Both the position numbers and the translations under genes were made by a program. Below the pieces are notes generated by a model. The model did no database searches and was not told where the DNA came from. It saw only the letters and a list, made by a program, of their open reading frames with translations. A DNA stretch of 60,163 nt, filler included. It is 5 parts of 5 records of this genome, joined end to end, with 100 filler letters (N's around TTAATTAATTAA, not from the genome) between each part and the next. Parts side by side here need not be neighbours in the genome. Positions count along the whole stretch, not along the records: positions 1 to 19,415 come from DRR723986_14711; 4 more parts are not named here. The stretch is one strand, 5' to 3'. Position 1 is the stretch's first letter, and every line of letters starts with the position of its first letter. This document shows, in pieces, positions 1 to 11,060 of this stretch.

Positions 1-83
1 GTAGCAGGCACACTCCGTGTGCCGTCCGCGAGTTCCAAAATTCCAGTATTCAATCGTTGCCGCACAGGGAGTACGCCTGCTTC
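1..83. repeat. GTAG-type REP-like inverted pair (REPIN-like) at contig start
   Basis: 1-23 is GTAG-CA-GGCACAC-TCC-GTGTGCC, a GTAG tetranucleotide followed by a 7-bp hairpin. 61-83 matches the reverse complement of 1-23 at 18/23 positions. The contig starts exactly here. Confidence 0.65.
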
Positions 84-186
84 TTTGAAAAACCGGTCCT
101 GCCGAACGACTTACGAAAAAGTCCTTGGGTAGCGATCACTGACAAGTGTCGTTTTTGAGATGCGTTTTGATGATAGGGAGACGATC

Positions 187-591
187 ATGGGCACCAAACT
201 GGATGAGTTTCTGGCGTCGGCCAGTTTCGCTGTGGCTGGGGCGTCGACCAATCGAGCCAAGTACGGCAACAAAGTTTTTCGTGCGCTGCTGGACAGTGGA
301 CGAGAGGTCTACGCCCTCAATCCGAATGCCTCGGTCGTAGAAGGCAAGACAGCGTTTCCGTCCATCGAAGAGCTTCCGGTTACACCCGAAGCTCTTTCCG
401 TCGTCACCCCGCCAGTTGTCACTCGCGAAATCGTTCAACAGGCAATCGAGGCTGGGGTGAAACGGGTTTGGATGCAGCCCGGAGCGGAAGACTCAGCCGC
501 GAGTGAAGCTGCACGCGCGGCAGGACTGGAGGTCATCGATGATGGAAGCTGCATCCTGGTGCTGTTGGCGATTGAATCGAGAAAGACGTAG
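187..591 (+). CDS. CoA-binding protein (YccU-like)
   Basis: Motifs AVAGAS..R.KYG, YALNP and RVWMQPGAE. AGGGAG RBS at 175-180 favours the ATG at 187. Confidence 0.85.
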   Translation: MGTKLDEFLASASFAVAGASTNRAKYGNKVFRALLDSGREVYALNPNASVVEGKTAFPSIEELPVTPEALSVVTPPVVTREIVQQAIEAGVKRVWMQPGAEDSAASEAARAAGLEVIDDGSCILVLLAIESRKT

Positions 592-921
592 CCAAACGCC
601 TCGATTACTTGCCAGACCAAATTCGCGGCGCTCAAAGATTCGCGGGTTCACGGGCCGTCTTCTAGGGATGCCCTTGATTTGAATTGGAAAAGCTTGACTA
701 CAGAGGTGAAAAGGCTCCAATTCGTCCTGTTTCGAGCGGCTGTTTTCAGTAAACTGCTCACAGGTTTTTCTATGCAACCATGTCGACACGGATCCGTCAT
801 GTTTGGTCCGGTCCGCGCGTTGCTGCTGAATTGCTATGGCCGCCCGCTCAATCGATGCGGCCTCGATTCTGAATACGTTGCTTTTCCTAGATAACACGAT
901 AACAATTTGGTGAGGCCTTGA

Positions 922-2685
922 ATGAGTGGAACGCAGCCAGCGCTTGCCGAGATCGATGACAAGCGGTTTTTCGGCCACCCCATGGGATTGGCGGTGCTCT
1001 TTTTCGCGGAAATGTGGGAGCGATTTTCCTACTACGGAATGCGGGCACTCCTGACTCTGTATCTGACAAAGCACTGGTTGTTTTCTGACGATGGAGCCAG
1101 CGGGATCTACGGAGCCTATACGGCACTTGTTTATATTACGCCAGTCTTGGGCGGTTATTTGGCGGACCGTTACTTGGGGCAGAGGAAGGCGGTGGCCTTT
1201 GGGGCAATACTGCTCACGATAGGCCACGCCCTGATGGCCTTCGAGGGTGAAGGTGGCACGGACAATCCCCTGATCTATGTTTTCTGGCTAGCACTAGCTT
1301 TCATTATCGTTGGTACTGGCTTCTTGAAGGCGAACATTTCGGTGATCGTCGGCCAGTTGTACCAACGGACCGACGTCCGACGCGATTCGGCGTACACGAT
1401 TTTTTACATGGGGATCAACCTGGGAGCGGCGCTGGGAGCCATTATCTGTGGTTACTTAGGTGAGACCATCGGTTGGAAGTATGGATTCGGAGCCGCTGGA
1501 ATTGGAATGTTGCTCGGCCTGGTAGTATTCACTTGGGGCAGGCCGTTGTTTTTTGGGCGTGGTGAGTCGCCTGCGCCAGAGAAGCTCGTCGAGAAGGTTG
1601 GCGGTTTCCGGTTCGAGCATATGCTTTACGCTCTTGGTGTTGCGAGCGTCCTGGTCTGTTGGGTTCTCATCCAGTTTCAGTCGGTTGTCGGTTGGCTGCT
1701 CGGAATTGCGGGGCTGATCTTGGCCTTGTACGTCGTCTTGACGGCTGTGATCACGCTTTCACGAGAGGATCGGGACCGAATCTTCGCGGCCATGTTCCTG
1801 ATTTTTGGTTCAATCATGTTCTGGGCGTTGTTTGAACAAGCTGGTTCATCGCTCAACCTGTTAACAGACCGAATGGTCAATCGTAGCTTCTTCGGTATCA
1901 ACGTTCCCGCCTCGACGTTCCAGTCGATCAATGCGATTTATATCGTTCTGCTTGCACCTGTCCTCGCCGCTCTTTGGACGTGGCTCGGCAGACGAAAACT
2001 AGAACCTTCGGCTCCAGCAAAATTCGGATTGGCGATGATGCAACTAGGGGCAGGTTTCTTGGTGCTCGTCTGGGGTGCCAAACAAGCTGGTTTGGGTGAA
2101 GAGTTCACGCCGGTAATCTACATTTTCTTGATCTACTTGCTGCATACCACGGGTGAACTGTGTTTGTCTCCGGTTGGTCTAAGTGCAATGAACCGCCTCG
2201 CGCCTGCTAAGCTCGCCTCATTGATCATGGGCACGTGGTTCTTTGCGTCCGCGGCGGGTAATTTCGCTGCCGGCCAGATTGCTAGGGCGACTGGAGCGAC
2301 GGCGCTTGAAGAGAAGGACACGTCCGCGGAGGTGGAGAGCGGTGATGCGGCTACCAAGATCTTGGCAGACGCTGACGAAGTTAGCGACGACGCTACATCA
2401 GAAGTTGCCGCAGAAGTTGCGGGCGATGCGGCAATGGCTCCTGAGACGGAAGATTCTGATTCAGACGATGGCGAAGAAGAGGAGCCCAAGCAAATGGTTC
2501 CGGGCTCTGACGAGGCCAAAGCCTATATGGGAACGATTACAAGCGTTTATACGAAGTGTGGTTGGGCAGCAGTGTTCTTCGGCGTCTTCGTGCTTGCCGT
2601 CTCCCCATTGGTCAAGTGGCTGATGCACTTGGATACCCTCAAGGATGGCGACGAAGATGAGGAAGAGGGCGATTCAAACGCCTAG
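922..2685 (+). CDS. POT/PTR-family proton-dependent di/tripeptide transporter (MFS)
   Basis: EMWERFSYYG (ExxERFxYY) signature, GGYLADRYLG, FYMGINLGA and GELCLSPVGLS; many hydrophobic segments. Confidence 0.93.
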   Translation: MSGTQPALAEIDDKRFFGHPMGLAVLFFAEMWERFSYYGMRALLTLYLTKHWLFSDDGASGIYGAYTALVYITPVLGGYLADRYLGQRKAVAFGAILLTIGHALMAFEGEGGTDNPLIYVFWLALAFIIVGTGFLKANISVIVGQLYQRTDVRRDSAYTIFYMGINLGAALGAIICGYLGETIGWKYGFGAAGIGMLLGLVVFTWGRPLFFGRGESPAPEKLVEKVGGFRFEHMLYALGVASVLVCWVLIQFQSVVGWLLGIAGLILALYVVLTAVITLSREDRDRIFAAMFLIFGSIMFWALFEQAGSSLNLLTDRMVNRSFFGINVPASTFQSINAIYIVLLAPVLAALWTWLGRRKLEPSAPAKFGLAMMQLGAGFLVLVWGAKQAGLGEEFTPVIYIFLIYLLHTTGELCLSPVGLSAMNRLAPAKLASLIMGTWFFASAAGNFAAGQIARATGATALEEKDTSAEVESGDAATKILADADEVSDDATSEVAAEVAGDAAMAPETEDSDSDDGEEEEPKQMVPGSDEAKAYMGTITSVYTKCGWAAVFFGVFVLAVSPLVKWLMHLDTLKDGDEDEEEGDSNA

Positions 2686-2735
2686 GCTGAGTAACTGGTA
2701 GGCCGCACAGAGTTGCAACGTCCGCAAGTGAATAG

Positions 2736-2767
2736 AGCCGCGTGGGATTTCCTACGCGGCTTTGTTT
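2736..2767 (+). terminator. Rho-independent terminator
   Basis: AGCCGCGT...ACGCGGCT stem followed by a T-rich tract, 50 nt after the POT stop. Confidence 0.75.
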
Positions 2768-2853
2768 ATAATCAAAGGCACTTGAAGCACTTGACTGGAA
2801 CCGGTGACAAGTAGTCAGCATTGCCAAAACGCAAGAAACATTTGAGGCACGTT

Positions 2854-4242
2854 ATGGATCGACGAAGATGGTTGACGACATCGGCTGGATGTGGCTTTGG
2901 GGCGTTGGCGGCACGGTCGCTCGCAGCAGGGCCGGAAGCGTCGACTCAGTTGCACCACCCTGCTCGTGCAAAGCGTGTGATTTTCTTGTTCATGCAAGGC
3001 GGTGTGAGTCAGGTTGATTCGTTTGATTACAAACCCGAGCTTGCCAAACGAAACGGGCAAAGTCTCGCGTTTGATGATGCACGAACATTGGCCAAGACCG
3101 GCATGTTGGCATCCGAACACCGCTTAATGCAGTCTCCGTGGGATTTCAAACAATATGGCGAATCGGGGCGTTGGGTTTCCGATCTCTTTCCCGAATCTGC
3201 TCAGCATGTTGACGAAATGTGCATGCTACATGCTATGCATACCGAAGGCGTCGCTCATGGCCCAGCGACACTCTTCCTGCACTGTGGTGCAACAAATTTC
3301 ATTCGGCCCTCGATGGGATCCTGGATTCTCTATGGGCTCGGCAAGGAGAACGAAGACCTGCCGGGATTTATCTCAATCGCTCCTTCGATTGGAAACGGCG
3401 GGCCCAGAAATTATGGCAGTGCATTTCTGCCTCCTCAAAATCAAGGAACAAAGATCGGCAGCGCGGGCGCCAGCGAATTGAGGATTGATAATCTGACCCG
3501 AAACGACATTTCGTCCGAGCAAATCGAACAGGCTCATGAACTGCTTCAACAACTGAATACGGCCCAGCTTAAGCGAAGGGCTGTGTTGGATGGTGAGTTG
3601 GAAACCGCGGTTGATTCATACGACGTCGCCTTGCGTATGCAGCAGGTTGGCCCGGAGGTCTTGGACATTGGCCGCGAAACCGAAGCAACTCGCAAGATGT
3701 ACGGCATTGATGAAAAGCAGACGCGTGCGTACGGAGAAAAATGCTTGCTTGCAAGGCGTCTGTGCGAGGCAGGCGTTCGTTTCATTCAAGTGAACTACGG
3801 TGACAATTCGGCCAATCCCGCTTGGGATCAGCACTCGAATCTCCCCAAACATGAAACGCATGCTCGGGCGGTCGACAAGCCAATTGCCGGACTACTTCAG
3901 GATCTTAAGCAGCGAGGATTACTGGAAGATACGATTGTTTGGTGGGGCGGAGAGTTCGGCAGAACACCCTACGCCCAGGCAAACGGAACGGGCCGCGATC
4001 ACAACCCTGGTGGTTTCACCGTCTGGTTGGCTGGCGGAGGTTTTCAGCCCGGGATGTCCTACGGCGAGACGGATGAATTCGGTTTCCAGGGGATTCGTGG
4101 CAAGGTGCACATGCACGATCTGCATGCCACCATTCTTCACCAACTCGGCCTCGACCACGAGAAGCTAACCTATCGGCATGCAGGACGAGACTTCAGGCTA
4201 ACCGACGTTCACGGACGCGTGATCGAACCAGTGATTTCATAA
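2854..4242 (+). CDS. DUF1501 domain-containing protein, Tat signal
   Basis: RRRWL twin-arginine leader; AKRVIFLFMQGGVSQVDSFDYKP, WDQHSN, GEFGRTP, GRDHNP, HMHDLHATILH and RLTDV are typical planctomycete DUF1501 motifs. Confidence 0.9.
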   Translation: MDRRRWLTTSAGCGFGALAARSLAAGPEASTQLHHPARAKRVIFLFMQGGVSQVDSFDYKPELAKRNGQSLAFDDARTLAKTGMLASEHRLMQSPWDFKQYGESGRWVSDLFPESAQHVDEMCMLHAMHTEGVAHGPATLFLHCGATNFIRPSMGSWILYGLGKENEDLPGFISIAPSIGNGGPRNYGSAFLPPQNQGTKIGSAGASELRIDNLTRNDISSEQIEQAHELLQQLNTAQLKRRAVLDGELETAVDSYDVALRMQQVGPEVLDIGRETEATRKMYGIDEKQTRAYGEKCLLARRLCEAGVRFIQVNYGDNSANPAWDQHSNLPKHETHARAVDKPIAGLLQDLKQRGLLEDTIVWWGGEFGRTPYAQANGTGRDHNPGGFTVWLAGGGFQPGMSYGETDEFGFQGIRGKVHMHDLHATILHQLGLDHEKLTYRHAGRDFRLTDVHGRVIEPVIS

Positions 4243-4279
4243 AACCTGCTGCGTCAGCATCGTTGATTCTGTTTCGACG

Positions 4280-5329
4280 TTACTGATCAGTCGTCGTAGA
4301 GGACTTGCTCGGTGGTAGGAAATCAAGCGTGTAGACGCTATCCGCAGTGATGCCGTCGATCAGGTCAAGGGTGTTGAACTGATCAACCAGTTCCTGCCAA
4401 CGCTGATCTGACATAGTACCTGTGTCGCCGACGTCGTTGCCCTCAGGCCAGCAGAGCGATTTGAGTTCTTGAGCGCCGAAATTCAGGGCCTCAACAGTCA
4501 TTCCATGTTGGTTTTCAGATGCGATGACTTCATTGAAGGATTCCGGTTCAGCCAAGTAGGCGGCCCAGCCTTCGCAGCAGGCGAGAGTCATTTTACGAAC
4601 GATTTCGCGGTCGTCTTCAATCATCGAACCGGTCGTGATCAAGCAGCTTGCGTACGGATTGAAGCCAGCCGAGGCCAGCATCAGCTTGCGAGTCTCGACA
4701 CCCTGTTGCTTGGCCAGGTAGGGTTCACTGAACGAATACGCTTGGATCGCAGTGTTGTCTTCACTGATGAAGTTCGCGATGGTTCCTCCGTAGGGGACCA
4801 CTTCGACGCCATCGAGCAGCCCCTTGCTCTTCATGAAGTCAACAAATGGTCTGCCCGCGTTGGCTTGCAGTCTCATTCCAGATAGATCATTCAGACTTGC
4901 TGCAGCGGATGATGCCTTCACCAAGATGCATCGGGGTGTTTCTTGGATTGGAGCCATCAAGGCAACGACGTCAGCTTTTTCCTGTTTGAAGAGGAGGACA
5001 TCGTCAGCATTGCCAATCGCAAACTCCACGCGGCCAGTAACCAATTCCTGGACGACAGGAGCGTTCGGACCTCCGGAACGGATGGTTACATCTAAGCCGT
5101 AGTCTTCGAACAGACCAAGCTGCTTCGCGGCATAGAATCCACCATGCTCCGCTTCCGGGTACCAATTCAGCATCAGCGTTACCGGACGCAGTCCACCTGG
5201 TTCAGTGTCTGCCTTGTCGGATGGATTGCATCCAACGGCAACTAACCCAAGCAGAGTGATCGCACTGCAGAGCAAAACGCTCGATCGATACCAGAGTCTT
5301 GTCTGATTTGACATGTTTCCGTTTTTCAT
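4280..5329 (-). CDS. ABC transporter substrate-binding lipoprotein, NMT1/THI5 (NitT/TauT) family
   Basis: LNWYPEAEHGGFYAA motif and LVAVGC lipobox; follows permease and ATPase. Start at 5329 or 5314 rather than 5473. Confidence 0.85.
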   Translation of the reverse strand: MKNGNMSNQTRLWYRSSVLLCSAITLLGLVAVGCNPSDKADTEPGGLRPVTLMLNWYPEAEHGGFYAAKQLGLFEDYGLDVTIRSGGPNAPVVQELVTGRVEFAIGNADDVLLFKQEKADVVALMAPIQETPRCILVKASSAAASLNDLSGMRLQANAGRPFVDFMKSKGLLDGVEVVPYGGTIANFISEDNTAIQAYSFSEPYLAKQQGVETRKLMLASAGFNPYASCLITTGSMIEDDREIVRKMTLACCEGWAAYLAEPESFNEVIASENQHGMTVEALNFGAQELKSLCWPEGNDVGDTGTMSDQRWQELVDQFNTLDLIDGITADSVYTLDFLPPSKSSTTTDQ

Positions 5330-5420
5330 GAACAGGCCTAGTGTTACTTGTCGTGCTGCGGCCGGGTGCTGCAGTGACTTACACCCGTTTGAGCGCTTGC
5401 CAACGATGGTTAGTTGAACC

Positions 5421-6224
5421 CTACTTCGGGATTTCTCGCAGCCATCGGTGGAGCAGCCATCGGGAAAGTGCATTGGTTCCTACCAGAATGATAAGGCCTA
5501 GCATAGTGCTCGCTAGTACGGCCGCAATCAGGGCGTCTGTCCGGGCACGTGTTTGCCAAACGGTCATCAGGCTCCCAAGCCCTGGCTCACCACTCATTCC
5601 CGGACCTACGAAGAACTCACCGACGACAGCACCAATGACTGCCAGACCAGCGCTAATACGCAGGCCGTCAACCAGTCCCTGCATCGCGCTCGGGATCTGT
5701 AGTTTGAGAAGCTTTTGCAGCCTAGTTGCCCCTTGCAACTCAAAGAGGTCTTCAAGATTGCGATCAACGCTGATTAAGCCAGTCGTAACGTTCGAGATTA
5801 TTGGGAACAGGCTGATGATGCCAGCGACCAAAACAACGGTCATGAAAGTGTAGCCGCACCAGGTGATCAGCAGTGGTGCGATTGCGACAATAGGGACGGT
5901 CTGCAAGAACACCACGTAGGGGTAAAGCGTCTTTCGAATCAGGGAAGATTGTGAGAAAAGGATCGCAACCAAAAAACCAACGGCGGTGCTAATGCAAAGG
6001 CCAAGTACAGATGCGAGCGTCGTTCTTGAGAACCCCACAGCAAGCGGCTTAGCTTCTTCCCAGGCAGTTTGAGCGACCTGGATCGGCGATGGCAATAGAA
6101 TCTTGGGCAGTTCGAACCATGCAACGGCCGCCTGCCAAAGTAGTGCAACGCATCCCATAACGGCCAAACATGCTATTGCATCGAATGCAGCCTTGGGGAA
6201 CTTTTGGTTGTCGCTCGAGCTCAT
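5421..6224 (-). CDS. ABC transporter permease, NitT/TauT (SsuC/TauC-like)
   Basis: LPSPIQV, LQTVPIVAIAPLL, EAA-like loop (FELQGATRLQ) and AVIGAVVGEF. Confidence 0.9.
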   Translation of the reverse strand: MSSSDNQKFPKAAFDAIACLAVMGCVALLWQAAVAWFELPKILLPSPIQVAQTAWEEAKPLAVGFSRTTLASVLGLCISTAVGFLVAILFSQSSLIRKTLYPYVVFLQTVPIVAIAPLLITWCGYTFMTVVLVAGIISLFPIISNVTTGLISVDRNLEDLFELQGATRLQKLLKLQIPSAMQGLVDGLRISAGLAVIGAVVGEFFVGPGMSGEPGLGSLMTVWQTRARTDALIAAVLASTMLGLIILVGTNALSRWLLHRWLREIPK

Positions 6225-7039
6225 GAATTCACCTGCTCCAACAGCTCAGTGATTTCATTGTAGGCCGTGCTGTATTCACTCTGACTGCGGGACTGACTTG
6301 AACGCGGTTGCGGAAGCCGGTTTTCGTAGATCCTCAGTTGCGAGTGTCCGGAATCTGAAGATGGACTGGTTGGGCCGAGGACAAAGATTCGATCGCTCAA
6401 TAGCACCGCTTCATCGATGTTATGCGTTACGAAGAGAATCGTTCGCGGCCGCTTGGCATGAAGACTTAGCAGGAGTTTGTGTAGCTTTGATCGCAGTAGG
6501 TCGTTGAGTGCACCGAATGGTTCATCGAGTAGCAAGATGTCTGGATCACCTACAAGTGCTCGAGCTAGGCTGACGCGCATCCGCATGCCACCGCTCAGTT
6601 CGTGCGGCATTTGATCCGCAACGTGTGGCTGAAGTTCCACGTCCTGCAGCGCTTGTGGAACCAGGGCATCTGCGTTTCCTAAAAGCTCTGCCTTTCTGCC
6701 AAGCGATCCAAGCTCCAGAGGCAACGTGATGTTGCGACGGACGCTCCGCCATGGTACTAGCGTAGCGTCTTGAAAAACGAACCCGAGTTGAGCGTTCTTG
6801 GCACGCCCAAGGCCTACTGAGCCGAGAGTTGGCGGCGTGAGGCCAGCGATTGTGCGTAGTAAAGTGCTCTTCCCGCAGCCCGATGCGCCGATAAGTGCAA
6901 CAATTTCTCCGGATTCAACTCGTAGAGAGATATTCGATAGTACAGATTGGCTACCAAACTGCACGGAGAGATCTTCTATCTCAATTCCGCCGTCCGTCTG
7001 TGGGGAGGCGCCGTCGGTCTTCGGCGTTTGGGTAACCAT
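6221..7039 (-). CDS. ABC transporter ATP-binding protein, NitT/TauT family
   Basis: Walker A GASGCGKS, LSGGMRMR signature, Walker B LLLDEPF, H-loop VTHN; 4-nt overlap with the permease. Confidence 0.92.
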   Translation of the reverse strand: MVTQTPKTDGASPQTDGGIEIEDLSVQFGSQSVLSNISLRVESGEIVALIGASGCGKSTLLRTIAGLTPPTLGSVGLGRAKNAQLGFVFQDATLVPWRSVRRNITLPLELGSLGRKAELLGNADALVPQALQDVELQPHVADQMPHELSGGMRMRVSLARALVGDPDILLLDEPFGALNDLLRSKLHKLLLSLHAKRPRTILFVTHNIDEAVLLSDRIFVLGPTSPSSDSGHSQLRIYENRLPQPRSSQSRSQSEYSTAYNEITELLEQVNS

Positions 7040-7066
7040 TGGGCGTCACTTCGCAGCGGAACATGG

Positions 7067-8482
7067 CTAGAATTCAGCCGATCCTGGCGTCCGGGGAAAC
7101 GGAATGCAGTCGCGGATGTTTGTCATCCCTGTAGTCCATTGTACGACCCGTTCAAATCCAAGGCCGAATCCACTGTGGGGAACGCTGCCGAACTTTCGAA
7201 GATCGACATACCACCAGTATTCTTCCTCGCTCAGGCCCAATTCCTTCATGCGTTCTAGAAGTACATCCAAGCGTTCTTCGCGCTGGCTACCACCGACAAT
7301 CTCGCCGACCTGTGGAACCAGGACGTCCATCGCTGCGACCGTTTTGTCGTCGTCATTGCACCGCATGTAGAACGGTTTGATGCACTTCGGATAATCGTGC
7401 AAAATTAGCGGTCCGCCGACATGTTGTTCGGTCAGGAAGCGTTCGTGCTCGGCTTGAAGGTCTTTGCCCCATTCGACTGGGAATTCAAATTCCTGCCCCG
7501 ACTTTCGCAGGATTTCGACGGCTTCAGTGTACGGCATGTGCTCAAAGGACTTGTCCTTCACTTGCGTTAGTGAATCCAGCAAGCCGGGCTGAATGCGTTT
7601 GTCGAAGAACTCCATGTCTTCGCCGCATTCGTCGAGAACACTCGTCAGAAGCTTCTTGATGAATCGCTCCGCGAGCAACATATTGTCATGCAGGTCGAAG
7701 AACGCTGCCTCTGGTTCAATCATCCAGAATTCAGACAGGTGTCGAGTTGTGTTGCTGTTCTCGGCGCGAAAGGTTGGTCCGAAAGTGTAGCAGCGCCCCA
7801 GTGACGTTGCGTAGATTTCGGCTTCCAGTTGCCCCGATACGGTTAGGTACGCGGACTTGCCGAAAAAGTCCCTTGAGTAGTCAACTTTTCCGCTGCCCTC
7901 AGCCAGTTTCTCAAGTGGGATTGTGGTGACACGGAACATTTGCCCCGCACCCTCACAATCGCTGGCGGTGATAATCGGCGTGTTGACGTAGTAGAAACCT
8001 TCGTCTTGAAAAAATTGGTGAACCGCATAGGCAAGACAATTACGGACGCGCGACACAGCACCAAAAGAATTAGTCCGAGGCCGCAAATGCGCCCACTCAC
8101 GTAATTTTTCAAACGAGTGCCGTTTCTTTTGCAATGGGTAGTCACTGGGTGCATCTCCAATGACCCGAATAGACTTAGCAACTAGTTCCGTCGACTGGCC
8201 CTTGCCCTGCGATTCCTTCAGTTCGCCAGCAGCACAAATTGAACTACCGACACTTAGCGAAAGAATGTCCGACTGGTAATTCTCAAGCTCGCCATCGGCA
8301 ATAATCTGCACATTGCCGAAGCAACTGCCGTCATTGATTTCGATGAAGCTAAAGCCGCCCTTGCTATCGCGACGCGTTCGCACCCAACCGCGCAGTTCAA
8401 CCTGCTTGCCAACATGCTCAGCCTTTCGCGCCTCGGAAACGCTCAGCCAAGTGCAGTCGGGTTGCCCCAGTCCAGAATCCAT
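7067..8482 (-). CDS. asnS: Asparagine--tRNA ligase
   Basis: [13 protein letters not shown] fold, [46 protein letters not shown] and IPFPRTPG. Start uncertain (8482 or 8509). Confidence 0.96.
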   Translation of the reverse strand: MDSGLGQPDCTWLSVSEARKAEHVGKQVELRGWVRTRRDSKGGFSFIEINDGSCFGNVQIIADGELENYQSDILSLSVGSSICAAGELKESQGKGQSTELVAKSIRVIGDAPSDYPLQKKRHSFEKLREWAHLRPRTNSFGAVSRVRNCLAYAVHQFFQDEGFYYVNTPIITASDCEGAGQMFRVTTIPLEKLAEGSGKVDYSRDFFGKSAYLTVSGQLEAEIYATSLGRCYTFGPTFRAENSNTTRHLSEFWMIEPEAAFFDLHDNMLLAERFIKKLLTSVLDECGEDMEFFDKRIQPGLLDSLTQVKDKSFEHMPYTEAVEILRKSGQEFEFPVEWGKDLQAEHERFLTEQHVGGPLILHDYPKCIKPFYMRCNDDDKTVAAMDVLVPQVGEIVGGSQREERLDVLLERMKELGLSEEEYWWYVDLRKFGSVPHSGFGLGFERVVQWTTGMTNIRDCIPFPRTPGSAEF

Positions 8483-8521
8483 GGTTTCGGTTCCTTCAAT
8501 CGCTATCAACGAATTCGTAAG

Positions 8522-9589
8522 CTAGTGGCCGTTCTCTGCCAAGAATCGTTCCGCGTCAAGAGCTGCCATGCATCCTGTGCCCGCGGAGGTGATCGCTTGC
8601 CGATAATAATCGTCGGCCACATCTCCGGCGGCATAGACTCCGGTCACACTCGTGTTTGTGCGGAATGCCTCCGTCCAGCGAATGTAGCCCTTGTCATTCA
8701 TGTCCAGCTTTCCGTTCAGGAAGCCAGTGTTCGGGGTATGACCAATCGCGACGAACATGCCTGACACATCAAGTTGACTAGTCGATTCGTCGGTAGTGTC
8801 CTTAAGTTTCAATCCGGTAACGCGATCGCCGTCACCGAGCACTTCTTCAACGACGCTGTTCCATAGGATCTTAATGTTTGGATGGTTCGCGGCTCGCTCC
8901 GCCATTACTTTCGAAGCCCGCAGTTCATCTCGCCGGTGCACCAAGTAGATCGTCTCGGCTCCGTCGAGATTGGCCAGATAACTAGCTTCTTCAACAGCCG
9001 TGTCACCACCGCCAATAACCGCTAACGGCTTACGGCGGTACATTGGCAACGCGCCATCGCAGACCGCACAGGCACTCACGCCCTTGTTCTTGTACTGTTC
9101 TTCTGAGTCCAGTCCCATGTAATTGGCCCGTGCACCGGTCGCAATGATGACCGTTCGAGCGAGAACAGGTTCACCAGAGGCTGGGATGACTTTGTGGACA
9201 TCGCCAGAAAAATCAACGTCAACAATATCGTCACCGACGACGCGCGTTCCAAAGTTGAGCGCCTGCTGCTTCATCAACTCCATCAGTTCAACGCCCTGAA
9301 CGGCGTAGTGAGGTTGGCCGTCCTTCTCATGGCCTTCCGGAGCGGGCGGCAAGTTGTAGTGCCGATCAGAATCTACAGCACTCTCAACAAACGCGCGGAT
9401 GTTGCCAGCGGGGAATCCTGCGTAGTTCTCGACTTCGGTCGTAAACGCTAGCTGGCCGAGGGGAATCATTTCGGGCTTTGCCGTTCCCTCGAATAGGAGT
9501 GGTTTCAGGTTTGCTCGAGCTGCGTAGATTGCCGCTGACCAGCCTGCTGGTCCACTTCCGATGATGACGGTTCTTTCAATTTCGCTCAT
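8522..9589 (-). CDS. trxB: Thioredoxin-disulfide reductase
   Basis: [22 protein letters not shown] redox motif, [18 protein letters not shown] and [19 protein letters not shown]. Confidence 0.95.
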   Translation of the reverse strand: MSEIERTVIIGSGPAGWSAAIYAARANLKPLLFEGTAKPEMIPLGQLAFTTEVENYAGFPAGNIRAFVESAVDSDRHYNLPPAPEGHEKDGQPHYAVQGVELMELMKQQALNFGTRVVGDDIVDVDFSGDVHKVIPASGEPVLARTVIIATGARANYMGLDSEEQYKNKGVSACAVCDGALPMYRRKPLAVIGGGDTAVEEASYLANLDGAETIYLVHRRDELRASKVMAERAANHPNIKILWNSVVEEVLGDGDRVTGLKLKDTTDESTSQLDVSGMFVAIGHTPNTGFLNGKLDMNDKGYIRWTEAFRTNTSVTGVYAAGDVADDYYRQAITSAGTGCMAALDAERFLAENGH

Positions 9590-10139
9590 AACATTCCATC
9601 CGTAAATCTATTGAATTAACACAACTGCAAACCGGCTCGCCAAAGAGCACTGGTTTACCTGCGGCCGAAGGCTTCAGAGTGACCGATACCGCCGCTGATC
9701 GACTAGCTTGTACTGGGACTCACTGCTTTAATCGACGCTGGAAGGAACGAGATACTTACACCGGCCTTCCCCTGCCAATTCGACTCTGCGGCGATTCAGC
9801 GGCAACGCCGATCTGGCCCGGCCCATTCGCAGACGCCGGATTATAAGTTGCAATCAAATCGCTTCACAGGTGCCTAGTCGCCAGCGGAAACCATCGAGGC
9901 AGGCGACGGTTCGGCCGGCCTTCGCCATGAATGTCTAAACCAATGGATGTCTAGACCTGTGTGCTGAGCCCTTCAGGGGCCAGCGGCTCCGGCAATTGTG
10001 CGGCGGCTCACGGGCGATTTTCGGTGAATGGCCCGTCGCTGGTTGCCAACGTCTCGCTTGCACTGACAATGGCAATCTGTTTCGCGGACGAATTGAATGC
10101 CGCGTGATCGCTTTCACCCGAGTTCAGATAGGCTGGCAA

Positions 10140-10913
10140 ATGCGCATCGTGTCATGGAACGTCAATGGAATTCGAGCAGCCATGGACAAGGGATTCAAGG
10201 ACTTTGTGGTTGAGGAGCAACCGGACGTTCTCTGTTTGCAGGAGACGAAGGCGGAGAGTTCGCAAGTCGATACGCAGTGGGCTGAGGACTTGGGATATGA
10301 GCAGCATTGGAACAGTGCGGTTAAGCGCGGGTACAGTGGCACAAGTATTTGGTCCAAAGTTCCGCTCACGAAAGTGACAGCCGGTATCGGCGTTGAAGAG
10401 CATGACCAAGAAGGACGCGTGCTAACCGCCAAGATTGGTGGTTTTCATTTGGTGACCGTCTACACTCCCAATTCACAGCGTGAACTTGCTCGCCTGGATT
10501 ATCGAATGCGTTGGGACGAAGAATTCTTGGCGTACTTGAAAAAGCTCAAGCGACGCGGCGGTGTGATATTCTGTGGTGATCTCAATTGCGCGCATCATGA
10601 AATTGACTTGGCCAATCCGAAATCGAATCGTCGCAATGCAGGTTTCACGGAAGAAGAACGCGGTGGGCTTGATCAAGTAGAAGCATCCGGGTTTGTGGAC
10701 ACTTTTCGTGCGTTCTCTGATGCACCGGAGCAGTACAGTTGGTGGACTTACCGCAGCAACGCGCGAGCCAGGAACATTGGTTGGCGATTAGACTACTTTT
10801 GGGCATCCAAGAAGATCATGCCCCAAATAAAGGCCGCCCGCATTTGTAGCGACATCATGGGCTCGGACCACTGTCCAGTAGAAATCGAAATCGCCACCAC
10901 TGACCCTGCATGA
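10140..10913 (+). CDS. xth: Exodeoxyribonuclease III / AP endonuclease (ExoA type)
   Basis: MRIVSWNVNGIRA, LCLQETK, YTPNS, GDLNCAH, GWRLDYF and SDHCP. Confidence 0.95.
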   Translation: MRIVSWNVNGIRAAMDKGFKDFVVEEQPDVLCLQETKAESSQVDTQWAEDLGYEQHWNSAVKRGYSGTSIWSKVPLTKVTAGIGVEEHDQEGRVLTAKIGGFHLVTVYTPNSQRELARLDYRMRWDEEFLAYLKKLKRRGGVIFCGDLNCAHHEIDLANPKSNRRNAGFTEEERGGLDQVEASGFVDTFRAFSDAPEQYSWWTYRSNARARNIGWRLDYFWASKKIMPQIKAARICSDIMGSDHCPVEIEIATTDPA

Positions 10914-11060
10914 ATTCATTGCCAGATTGAATCGCTGGTTTTCCTTCTGCAAAACTGCAGGACACCGATGGGGAAGTTTGATATGCTGGTGGTTTCGGAG
11001 CGTCGCGGGGCTGAAGTCCGCGGCTGCTGTTGTGGCAAGTAGTGTTAAGTGAGAGGGTGA

